Shown in pieces: positions 1 to 9,148 of a DNA stretch of 32,000 nucleotides. Position 1 is the stretch's first letter, and each line of letters opens with the position of its first letter. The notes under the pieces were generated by a model. It had not been told where the DNA came from. It was given only the letters and a program-made list of their open reading frames with translations, and searched no databases. This DNA is from Pseudoalteromonas tetraodonis. Its GTDB lineage: Bacteria; Pseudomonadota; Gammaproteobacteria; Enterobacterales; Alteromonadaceae. The position numbers and the translations under genes were made by a program. The stretch covers positions 3,240,001-3,272,000 of the forward strand of contig NZ_CP011041.1 in the NCBI RefSeq assembly GCF_002310835.1, read 5' to 3'.

Positions 1-183
1 CAACAACAAGGCGACTTTAACCAGCTGGTTAAAAGTGCCTCAAACGCCGCTTTTAAGTCACACTCTTCTCAATAACCCAGTACACTGTTCAAACAATAAA
101 ATTAACTGATAAATCATATTCAAATTGCACCCTTGGTGCACAATCAAGTACACTAGTCTTTATTACCACGATAGAGATTAATC

Positions 184-939
184 ATGAACGAGAACCCTGA
201 AAAGACCACGCATTTTGGCTATAAAACTGTTGCCGAAACCGAAAAAGCTTCTATGGTTGCTGATGTATTTCATTCTGTTGCGACAAAGTACGATGTTATG
301 AATGATCTCATGTCTTTTGGTATTCATCGTTTATGGAAACGTCAAACAATTGCCAGCTCAGGTATTCGTAAAGGTCATCATGTATTAGATTTAGCCGGTG
401 GTACTGGCGATTTAACTGCAAAGTTTAGCCAGCTTGTTGGCGAAACCGGTCAGGTTGTTTTAGGTGATATAAACTCTTCAATGTTAAAAGTAGGCCGCGA
501 AAAGCTGCATAACTTAGGCCTTGTAGGCAACATTGATTACGTACAAATGAATGCCGAAGCCTTGCCTTTCCCTGATAATAGCTTTGATTTAATTACGATT
601 GCTTTTGGTTTACGTAATGTGACGGATCAAAATAAAGCGCTGCGCTCTATGTATCGTATTTTAAAGCCAGGTGGTCGTTTACTCATTCTTGAGTTTTCAA
701 AACCAGAGCAAGAATTGTTGAGCAAAGCATATGATTTTTACTCTTTCAACATTTTACCTACTATGGGTAAGTTGGTTGCTAACGATAGTGAATCATACCA
801 ATATTTAGCTGAGTCAATTCGTATGCATCCAGATCAAGAAACGCTAAAAGCGATGATGGTCGAAGCAGGATTTGAACAAGCAACTTATCAAAACCTTACA
901 GGCGGCATTGTTGCACTTCACCGTGGGTTTAAATACTAA
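184..939 (+). CDS. ubiE: Ubiquinone/menaquinone biosynthesis C-methyltransferase UbiE
   Basis: 251-aa ORF. It has the SAM-binding motif [10 protein letters not shown] and the N-terminal HFGYKTV...[14 protein letters not shown] block typical of UbiE/MenG. Synteny ubiE-ubiJ-ubiB-tatABC matches E. coli. Confidence 0.93.
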   Translation: MNENPEKTTHFGYKTVAETEKASMVADVFHSVATKYDVMNDLMSFGIHRLWKRQTIASSGIRKGHHVLDLAGGTGDLTAKFSQLVGETGQVVLGDINSSMLKVGREKLHNLGLVGNIDYVQMNAEALPFPDNSFDLITIAFGLRNVTDQNKALRSMYRILKPGGRLLILEFSKPEQELLSKAYDFYSFNILPTMGKLVANDSESYQYLAESIRMHPDQETLKAMMVEAGFEQATYQNLTGGIVALHRGFKY

Positions 940-951
940 GGTTAGTAATTT

Positions 952-1611
952 ATGGCGCTTGAAGAAAACAATAAAGAACAATCGGCTGAAAGCAGTTTTT
1001 TTATGCTACCGAGCTTTGTGCTTTCGCTTATTGAACAAGTATTAAATCAAGCGCTTAAACTCGACCCGAGCTTAGTCGATAAGCTAAAAGCGGTAGAACA
1101 TCAGCGTTTATTAGTTGAAGTTAGAGATTGGCAGCAAAAAATAGCCATTACTTATGCCAATCAGCAGCTACATCTTTACACTGCATTAGCACATGCTGAC
1201 GCTGACTGTATGATCAGTGCCAATATAAACACCTTGTTAGCTCTTAAAAATCCAGCCATGCTTACCCAGCTTATACGTCAAGACAAACTTGATTTGCAAG
1301 GGGATTTAAACATAGCTCAAAATTATAGCTCCGCCTTTTCAAGTTTAGACATTGATTGGCCAGAGCAACTAGCAAAGTATGTTGGGGATGCACCTGCACA
1401 GCAACTTTATTTGCACTTTCAGTCGTTTAAGCAGCAAGGTAAAAAAGCAAAATCACAGCTCGATAGCACCTTGATTAGCCTGTTCCAAGATGAATTGGCA
1501 ATTACAATTCACCCATTAGAGCTTGCGCAATTTAAACAACAAAATAGAGCACTAAAAAGCCAAGTTGCTGCCATTGAGCAACGCATTAACGCCCTAATTA
1601 AAGCACTTTAA
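952..1611 (+). CDS. ubiJ: Ubiquinone biosynthesis accessory factor UbiJ (SCP2-domain, YigP-like)
   Basis: 219-aa ORF placed between ubiE and ubiB as in enterobacteria. It starts 12 nt after the ubiE stop and has a coiled-coil-like C-terminus. The call rests mainly on synteny and general resemblance. Confidence 0.72.
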   Translation: MALEENNKEQSAESSFFMLPSFVLSLIEQVLNQALKLDPSLVDKLKAVEHQRLLVEVRDWQQKIAITYANQQLHLYTALAHADADCMISANINTLLALKNPAMLTQLIRQDKLDLQGDLNIAQNYSSAFSSLDIDWPEQLAKYVGDAPAQQLYLHFQSFKQQGKKAKSQLDSTLISLFQDELAITIHPLELAQFKQQNRALKSQVAAIEQRINALIKAL

Positions 1612-1628
1612 CGCGCTAAGGATTTTTT

Positions 1629-3230
1629 GTGTCAACTGCCCGACTGTATTACATAACTAAAACCCTGCTTAGCTACGGACTCGATGAGCTTATTCCAAAA
1701 CACAAAGTACCTTGGTTTGCTAAACTTGCACGAGGAAGTTTGTTTTGGTTGCGCAACCAACACAAAAATAAACCCCCGGGCTTAAGACTTCGTTTAGCGC
1801 TGCAACAACTTGGCCCGGTATGGATAAAATTTGGCCAAATGCTCTCAACCCGTCGTGACTTGTTACCCCACGATATCGCGCTAGAGTTAGCCTTTTTACA
1901 AGATCAGGTAGAACCTTTTGAAGGTGAATTAGCGCAAAAGATCATCGAAAAAGCATTAGAAATAGATGATATTAGCCAGCTATTTAGCGAGTTTTCACAA
2001 ACCCCCTTGGCATCGGCCTCAATTGCTCAAGTGCATACTGCCACCCTAGTTGATACGCAGGGCGAATCGCAAGATGTTGTTATTAAAGTTATTCGCCCTA
2101 ACATTGAGCAGCAAATTAATGCCGATTTAGCCTTAATGGAAAAATTAGCTAAAGTTGTTGGTAAGTTAATTAATGAAGCGAAACGCTTACGCCCTGTAGA
2201 AGTGGTTAAAGAGTATAAAAAAACATTACTCGATGAACTCGACTTAATGCGTGAGGGTGCTAACGGCATTCAATTAAAGCGTAATTTTGAAGGCTCAGAA
2301 TCGCTATATATTCCAACAGTATACAGTGACTATAGCCGCAATAATGTGCTGGTTATGGAGCGAATTTACGGTATTCCGGTGTCAGATACTGAAGCACTGA
2401 TGGCACAAAATACCAATATGAAATTACTAGCTGAGCGCGGAGTGGAAGTGTTTTTTACTCAAGTATTCCGCGATAGTTTTTTTCATGCAGATATGCACCC
2501 TGGCAATATTTTTGTGTCGCGCGAAAACCCGCATAATCCTAAATATATTGGCATAGATTGCGGCATTGTGGGAACACTTAACAAAGAAGATAAACGCTAT
2601 TTAGCTGAAAACTTTATTGCCTTTTTTAATCGTGACTACCGCCAAGTAGCTCAGCTGCATGTTGATTCAGGGTGGGTGCCGCCCGATACCAGCATTGAAG
2701 AGTTTGAATTTGCTATTCGTACCGTTTGCGAGCCCATTTTTAATAAACCACTTGCTGAAATATCATTTGGCCATGTACTGGTTAATTTATTTAATACCGC
2801 ACGTCGTTTTAATATGCAGGTTCAACCACAACTCGTATTATTACAAAAAACCTTGTTGTATGTTGAAGGCTTAGGTCGCCAGCTTTATCCACAACTAGAT
2901 TTGTGGAAAACCGCAAAACCGTTTTTAGAAGACTGGGTAAAACAACAGGTTGGCCCGCTTTCTGTACTAAAGCAAATGTATGCAAACTTACCGTTTTGGG
3001 CAGAAAAGATGCCTGAGTTGCCTGATTTAATTTATCAAAATTTAAAACGAGCACCGCACGCACAACCTCCAACATCAACGGTTTCACATAAGCCCTTGGT
3101 TTTAGGACTTTTTAGTAGTGCAGCGATGATCGTTTCAGCTTTATTTTATTTACAACACAACTTAATGGCTGCTGGCGTTGTCTTAGGCTGTGCTGTAGTT
3201 GGCTTTATAGCGGCTTGGCGCCGCGCATAA
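1629..3230 (+). CDS. ubiB: Ubiquinone biosynthesis protein kinase-like UbiB (ABC1/ADCK family)
   Basis: 533-aa ORF with a GTG start and an AAGGA Shine-Dalgarno 7 nt upstream. ABC1 atypical-kinase blocks are present ([36 protein letters not shown]). The C-terminal tail is hydrophobic, consistent with two TM helices. Confidence 0.92.
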   Translation: MSTARLYYITKTLLSYGLDELIPKHKVPWFAKLARGSLFWLRNQHKNKPPGLRLRLALQQLGPVWIKFGQMLSTRRDLLPHDIALELAFLQDQVEPFEGELAQKIIEKALEIDDISQLFSEFSQTPLASASIAQVHTATLVDTQGESQDVVIKVIRPNIEQQINADLALMEKLAKVVGKLINEAKRLRPVEVVKEYKKTLLDELDLMREGANGIQLKRNFEGSESLYIPTVYSDYSRNNVLVMERIYGIPVSDTEALMAQNTNMKLLAERGVEVFFTQVFRDSFFHADMHPGNIFVSRENPHNPKYIGIDCGIVGTLNKEDKRYLAENFIAFFNRDYRQVAQLHVDSGWVPPDTSIEEFEFAIRTVCEPIFNKPLAEISFGHVLVNLFNTARRFNMQVQPQLVLLQKTLLYVEGLGRQLYPQLDLWKTAKPFLEDWVKQQVGPLSVLKQMYANLPFWAEKMPELPDLIYQNLKRAPHAQPPTSTVSHKPLVLGLFSSAAMIVSALFYLQHNLMAAGVVLGCAVVGFIAAWRRA

Positions 3231-3309
3231 ACTAAGTGCTATTTACCGCTGTGGGCGTATAATCAGCATTTAATCTTAATATTAACGGCTTTAAAAGCAG
3301 GAGAAAACC

Positions 3310-3570
3310 ATGGGGTTTGGTGGTATTAGTATTTGGCAGCTATTAATTGTACTTGCAATCATTGTACTTTTATTTGGTACCAAAAAGCTACGCGGTATCG
3401 GTGGTGATTTAGGCGGCGCAGTTAAAGGTTTTAAAAAAGCGATGTCGGATGAACAAAGCGCTGAAAAACAAGCCAGCGAAAATAAAACAGAACACATTGA
3501 AAAATCAGCAGAATCAACACCTATCGATTCAAGTACAACTAGCAAAACTAAAGACAACGACAAGGTTTAA
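3310..3570 (+). CDS. tatA: Sec-independent (twin-arginine) translocase subunit TatA
   Basis: 86 aa. The N-terminal TM helix plus amphipathic helix [45 protein letters not shown] is the canonical TatA/E signature. AGGAG SD lies upstream. Confidence 0.93.
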   Translation: MGFGGISIWQLLIVLAIIVLLFGTKKLRGIGGDLGGAVKGFKKAMSDEQSAEKQASENKTEHIEKSAESTPIDSSTTSKTKDNDKV

Positions 3571-3575
3571 CCAGC

Positions 3576-3908
3576 ATGGGAATGTGGGAGCTTGTTGTTG
3601 TATTTATTGTCGGTTTGGTGGTGCTTGGCCCTGAGCGTTTACCTGTCGCTATTAGAACTGTGAGCCGTTGGGTTAAAACAGCAAAAGCAATGGCCAATTC
3701 CGTAAAAGCGGAGGTGAGCGAGGAGCTTCGTGTGCATGAACTACACGAAAATCTAAAAAAAGCAGAGCAACAAGGTCTTAAAGATTTAAGTCCTGACCTA
3801 CAAAACTCTGTTTCTGAGCTACAACAAGCGGCGCAATCAGTCACCCATAGTTATAAAAAAAGTCAAACGCCAGCATCAAATAGCCAACAAACAGATGACT
3901 CAAAGTGA
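3576..3908 (+). CDS. tatB: Twin-arginine translocase subunit TatB
   Basis: 110 aa. It has the LVVLGPERLPVAIRTV motif typical of TatB and sits between tatA and tatC. Confidence 0.87.
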   Translation: MGMWELVVVFIVGLVVLGPERLPVAIRTVSRWVKTAKAMANSVKAEVSEELRVHELHENLKKAEQQGLKDLSPDLQNSVSELQQAAQSVTHSYKKSQTPASNSQQTDDSK

Positions 3909-3957
3909 ACATAGCACTCTCTTTTTTTCATGCACTTAATACACGGTATAAAACACA

Positions 3958-4698
3958 ATGACTGAGGAAGTAAAATCAGGGTTTGTCGCTCATTTAATTG
4001 AATTGCGCGACCGGCTAATTAAATCGTTATTAAGTATTTTAGTGATTTTTATTGGCTTAATTTACTTTGCAAACGATATTTATACCTTTGTAGCCGCTCC
4101 TTTAGTTGCTCATTTACCTAGTACAGCCACTATGATTGCAACGGATGTTACTGCACCGTTTTTTGCCCCTTTTAAGCTGACGTTGTTTGTTGCTTTATTT
4201 GCTGCCATTCCTTGGATTTTGCATCAAATTTGGGGGTTTATAGCCCCGGGTTTATATCAACATGAAAAGAAAATGCTGATGCCCATATTGGCTTCCAGTA
4301 TTATCTTATTTTATAGTGGCATTGCTTTTTGTTACTTTGTGGTGCTACCTATAATTTTAGGGTTTTTCACCAGTGTAGGGCCGCAAATGATGACGCTTGC
4401 GCCCGATATAAGTAGTTATTTAGGCTTTGTGCTCAAGCTGTTTTTTGCTTTTGGGATCGCATTTGAAATCCCAGTTGCAATTATGTTGCTCTGCTGGAGC
4501 GGTGCAACAACCACACAAAGTCTAAAAGAAAAGCGTCCCTATATAGTGGTTGGCGTATTTGTAGTGGCAATGTTTTTAACGCCACCTGATGTGCTTTCAC
4601 AAACCCTATTGGCACTACCTATGCTGCTTTTATTTGAGCTTGGTTTAATTTTAGCTAAATTTTATACCGCAAAACCACAACAAGAATCTAAGGAATAA
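3958..4698 (+). CDS. tatC: Twin-arginine translocase subunit TatC
   Basis: 246 aa and polytopic (six hydrophobic segments). The N-terminal HLIELRDRLIKS motif and the C-terminal TPPDVLSQ motif are characteristic of TatC. Confidence 0.95.
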   Translation: MTEEVKSGFVAHLIELRDRLIKSLLSILVIFIGLIYFANDIYTFVAAPLVAHLPSTATMIATDVTAPFFAPFKLTLFVALFAAIPWILHQIWGFIAPGLYQHEKKMLMPILASSIILFYSGIAFCYFVVLPIILGFFTSVGPQMMTLAPDISSYLGFVLKLFFAFGIAFEIPVAIMLLCWSGATTTQSLKEKRPYIVVGVFVVAMFLTPPDVLSQTLLALPMLLLFELGLILAKFYTAKPQQESKE

Positions 4699-4699
4699 T

Positions 4700-5209
4700 A
4701 TGAACAAGTATTTACTTTCTTTACTCGCTTTAGTCAGCGTACCGGTTGTAGCCGCTACTCCTATTAATGAGCAAGCTTTGCAAGCCTGTAGTTTTATTGA
4801 AAACGACTTTAATCGTTTACTCTGCTACGACAACACCATTGCCGGAAAGTCATTAACACAACCAGCACAAAGCCAGCTAAGCAAATCGGCACAAACAAAT
4901 GTAAAAGCTGAAACTCCCGCTGCAACAGCGCCTGTGGCCATTAAAGCAAAAGAGTTTGGTTTAGAGCATAAAGAAATTGTGGAAAATGGTGAAGAGTCTA
5001 TTACGTCAATGATTTCATCTGTTAAAAAAGCACCTTATGGTGAGCTAATCATTACCTTAGAAAATAACCAGCAATGGCGTCAAATTGGTTCAGATAGCTT
5101 AAGATTAGACGAAGGCGATACTGTTATTATTAGCCGTGGCGTATTCAACTCTTTTTTACTCAAAAAAGCAGATCAAAACCGTTCAATTCGTGTAAAACGT
5201 ACTCAGTAA
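4700..5209 (+). CDS. Hypothetical exported protein (Sec-type signal peptide), unknown function
   Basis: 169-aa ORF. The signal peptide is MNKYLLSLLALVSVPVVAA, with no twin-arginine. Next come a Cys pair in CSFIENDFNRLLCYD, an Ala/Gln/Thr/Pro-rich linker and a beta-rich C-terminal region. It is wedged between tatC (1-nt gap) and tatD (1-nt overlap), which argues for real translation. Confidence 0.6.
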   Translation: MNKYLLSLLALVSVPVVAATPINEQALQACSFIENDFNRLLCYDNTIAGKSLTQPAQSQLSKSAQTNVKAETPAATAPVAIKAKEFGLEHKEIVENGEESITSMISSVKKAPYGELIITLENNQQWRQIGSDSLRLDEGDTVIISRGVFNSFLLKKADQNRSIRVKRTQ

Positions 5210-5994
5210 TGCAATACACGTTAATTGATGCTGGCGTAAATTTAACTAATCATCAATTTGATGGTCAGCATCAAGAGGTGCTCGCCAGAGCAAAAGATGC
5301 GGGCGTAAACCAAATGCTGATTATTGGCTGTGATATCAGCTCCAGTGAAGAATCATTAGCACTTGCTGCGCACTATAATCAATATGCTACCGCTGGTATT
5401 CACCCTCATGACGCTAAAACAGCAACCCCTGAGCTTGAGCAACAACTTACTCAGCTCGCTCAAAATGAGCAGGTTATTGCCATAGGTGAATGCGGACTAG
5501 ATTACAATCGCGACTTTTCCCCTAGAGATATACAACGTGCTGTTTTGCGTCGTCAGCTCGCATTAGCTGAAAAACTCAACTTGCCTGTTTATTTGCATGA
5601 ACGTGATGCCAGTGAGGATATGCTCACTATTTTAAAAGAATTTACTGTTCGCGGTGTACTGCACTGCTTTACAGGTAATGCACAAGCACTCTCAGGTTAC
5701 TTAAACTTAGGACTTTATATTGGTATTACCGGCTGGGTATGTGACGAAAGACGTGGCGAGGAGTTACAACAACTTATACCGAGTATTCCTATTGAACGTT
5801 TATTAATAGAAACCGATTCGCCTTTTTTAATTCCTCGTACAGTTAAACCAAAGCCAAAATCAAGACGAAACGAGCCAGCACTGCTGCATTATGTGTGTGA
5901 CACGCTTGCTCAGCTTTATGGCATTCCGGCATCTGAAGTGGCAAAGCATACTCGTGAAAACTTTAATCGCTTATTTGGATTAGAGAAAAAATAA
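5209..5994 (+). CDS. tatD: TatD-family metal-dependent deoxyribonuclease/hydrolase
   Basis: 261 aa. LIDAGVNLT, AGIHPHD, GECGLDY, YLHERDA and ETDSPFL blocks match the TatD/YcfH amidohydrolase-fold DNase family. The start overlaps the upstream stop (TAATG). Confidence 0.9.
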   Translation: MQYTLIDAGVNLTNHQFDGQHQEVLARAKDAGVNQMLIIGCDISSSEESLALAAHYNQYATAGIHPHDAKTATPELEQQLTQLAQNEQVIAIGECGLDYNRDFSPRDIQRAVLRRQLALAEKLNLPVYLHERDASEDMLTILKEFTVRGVLHCFTGNAQALSGYLNLGLYIGITGWVCDERRGEELQQLIPSIPIERLLIETDSPFLIPRTVKPKPKSRRNEPALLHYVCDTLAQLYGIPASEVAKHTRENFNRLFGLEKK

Positions 5995-7853
5995 TGCGCA
6001 TCTTTAGCACCTTGCTGGCATTCATCATGGTGTTTTTTACATCCTGTTTCCCTGCAACTGCAATTGATATAAATAGTGAATTTAGCTCAAAAAAAATAGA
6101 GTCTATTCATTATTCATTTACCCCCAACTCATTAGAAGATGCGCAACAAAGCAACTTACAACAATGGCAGTCACTTAATAATAAACCGCTTAATTTAGGT
6201 CTTGAAACTCGCCCTGTGTGGATTAAATTTCAACTAAATAATTATCTTAATAAGCCAACAGAGCCAATTTTATCGTTAGATAACCCACTTCTAAACAATG
6301 TATACCTGTACCACTTTATGGGTGAGAAGCAACTAAAATCGGAACATCTTGGTGATGCTCTTCCTTTATCTAATAGAGCGATTAAAAGTGAGTCTTTGCT
6401 GGTTAAATTAACACTTCCCGCTAACAGCGAAACCACCGTTTATCTTAACGTTAATAATAATGCGGGAATCGGGCTTCGCGTCCCCCTCACCTTATGGCAA
6501 CAAGATGCATTATTAGCCCATAAAAGTATGCTTAACTTGCACTATGGATTACTGATTGGATTTATTTTTTCTTTGGCTATCAGTAGCTTGGTTTTATTTG
6601 CTTTTTCACGTAAACATTATTTTGCCTATGCAGGTGTGATTACACTGATGCTTAGCCTATTTTTAGCATATTTAGGCGGATTTGGGTTTCGTTATGCCCC
6701 TCCAAGCATAACAGCCTTACAGCAATTAATGCTGCCTATTTTGCTAATGCTGATCACGGTATTGTTTCTTCCTTTACAGCGCCATGTTTGCATACCCATT
6801 AAATCCAACTTAGTTAAAGGGCAAACAATAATTACCACCTTATATGCATTGGTTATTGTACTTATAGGGTTGCTGCCTACTCCAAGCGTGGCTTTGTTTG
6901 CTATTTTAAGCATTCCTGTCATTTTAAGTTATCATGTTGTCACAACATTATTTTACCTACGAAAAAACCCCACGAGCCCCAATAAATCTCTATTTATGGC
7001 ACTCGGGTTCTTTTTAATTGTAGTCATTCATTTTTCCGTTGCGTTAACAGGCCTGTATACCGTCACTAGATCCAGCTTAATACTCACCTTCGCGGCCTCT
7101 TTAAGCTGCTCATTTTGTTTAAGCTACACCGTCATAAAATTATTTATATTACAACGCGATGAGCAAGTCACAACACAACAGGCATTGATTGCAAAAAGTG
7201 CAGCGCAAGACGCGTTGTTAAATGAACGAATTGAATTACAAGAGCGCACTCGTCATGAACTTGAAAACCAAGTTGATGAGCGCACCTTTGAGTTACAAGT
7301 CACACTTAGGGAACTTGAAGATAAAAACCGCGAGCTTGAACAACTCAATATGGAAGATGCTCTAACAGGGGTAAAAAATAGACGCTTTTTTGATAAAAAA
7401 ATAATCATGGAAATTCGCCGTTCACGCCGTGAGCAAACACCCTTGAGCATCATTATGCTTGATATAGATAAGTTTAAAGCAATCAACGATACGTATGGCC
7501 ACTTAACCGGCGATCAGGTAATTCGAGCAGTCTGTGATGTTATTAAACAACAATTAAAACGTCCTCTTGATGAAGTGGCGCGTTATGGTGGTGAAGAATT
7601 TGTCGTCCTGCTACCCAATACTAATAATCAAGGTGCGTTAGCTATTGCCGAGCAAATACGGTGCGCAATAGAAAAAAACACTGTCAGTGTTGCAGGTACT
7701 ACGATTAAATACACCATTAGTGCCGGTGTTTATACTCATATTGCCGATGATGTTCATAACCCTGAAACATTTACTGAGCGTGCCGATAAGGCACTCTATC
7801 TAGCAAAACAACATGGCCGCAATCAAGTGGTTAATTTTCCAATCTCACAGTAG
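5994..7853 (+). CDS. Membrane diguanylate cyclase: periplasmic 7TMR-DISMED2-like sensor + 7TM region + coiled coil + GGDEF domain
   Basis: 619 aa. It has a signal/anchor, then a periplasmic region with the VWIKFQLNN-type motif, then about seven hydrophobic helices. A coiled coil leads into a GGDEF domain with an intact GGEEF active site and an RxxD I-site (RPLD) five residues upstream. The start overlaps the tatD stop (TAATG). Confidence 0.9.
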   Translation: MRIFSTLLAFIMVFFTSCFPATAIDINSEFSSKKIESIHYSFTPNSLEDAQQSNLQQWQSLNNKPLNLGLETRPVWIKFQLNNYLNKPTEPILSLDNPLLNNVYLYHFMGEKQLKSEHLGDALPLSNRAIKSESLLVKLTLPANSETTVYLNVNNNAGIGLRVPLTLWQQDALLAHKSMLNLHYGLLIGFIFSLAISSLVLFAFSRKHYFAYAGVITLMLSLFLAYLGGFGFRYAPPSITALQQLMLPILLMLITVLFLPLQRHVCIPIKSNLVKGQTIITTLYALVIVLIGLLPTPSVALFAILSIPVILSYHVVTTLFYLRKNPTSPNKSLFMALGFFLIVVIHFSVALTGLYTVTRSSLILTFAASLSCSFCLSYTVIKLFILQRDEQVTTQQALIAKSAAQDALLNERIELQERTRHELENQVDERTFELQVTLRELEDKNRELEQLNMEDALTGVKNRRFFDKKIIMEIRRSRREQTPLSIIMLDIDKFKAINDTYGHLTGDQVIRAVCDVIKQQLKRPLDEVARYGGEEFVVLLPNTNNQGALAIAEQIRCAIEKNTVSVAGTTIKYTISAGVYTHIADDVHNPETFTERADKALYLAKQHGRNQVVNFPISQ

Positions 7854-7863
7854 GAGCGTATAA

Positions 7864-8874
<1,011 letters not shown>

Positions 8875-8891
8875 TAAAAGCATATTGATAT

Positions 8892-8916
8892 AAAAGGGCT
8901 TTATTGCCCTTTTTTT
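8892..8916 (+). terminator. Rho-independent terminator after hemB
   Basis: Stem aaagggc (8893-8899) pairs with gcccttt (8906-8912) around loop tttatt. The stem runs into a T tract extending to 8916. It lies 18 nt after the hemB stop. Confidence 0.8.
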
Positions 8917-9060
8917 ATGTTTAAGAACAACACATAGTTGGCATTTATGCAGCGTTACCCCCTATTTTTATAGATAGTAATCACACTACACAGGCTCTGT
9001 CTTACCTAAAACTAAACACACAACTGTACGTTCTACCTCAAAAAATAACAAAACTTAATA

Positions 9061-9089
9061 TTGTTAACATTCTGTATTCTATTTGTAAT
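9061..9089 (+). promoter_or_regulatory. Candidate sigma70 promoter for the nuclease gene
   Basis: TTGTTA (9061-9066), a 17-nt spacer, then TGTAAT (9084-9089), about 60 nt upstream of the ATG at 9149. This is sequence resemblance only. Confidence 0.3.
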
Positions 9090-9148
9090 CATTTTTCATT
9101 ACACTAAGCGTCCCATTTGGGGAAACAAAAACACGGGAAAAAATAATA

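Noticed and set aside
1-107. Possible 3' end of an upstream gene at the left window edge
   Set aside because: Both frame 1 (open to the TAA at 73-75) and frame 2 (open to the TGA at 105-107) are open from the edge. Twenty-four to thirty-five codons with no recognisable motif cannot be assigned. An rmuC-like gene would be expected by synteny, but I cannot support it from the sequence.
3258-3263. Perfect TATAAT 47 nt upstream of tatA as an internal promoter
   Set aside because: No acceptable -35 or TG extension is present at the right spacing, and isolated TATAAT hexamers are common in AT-rich DNA. It may still be real but is unsupported without 5'-end data.
3291-3844. Long antisense ORFs (90 aa and 98 aa, minus strand) covering tatA and tatB, plus the +2-frame ORF at 3449-3634
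   Set aside because: They are shadow frames of well-supported tatA/tatB genes. The translations are Cys/Ser-rich and look nonsensical, and there is no RBS.
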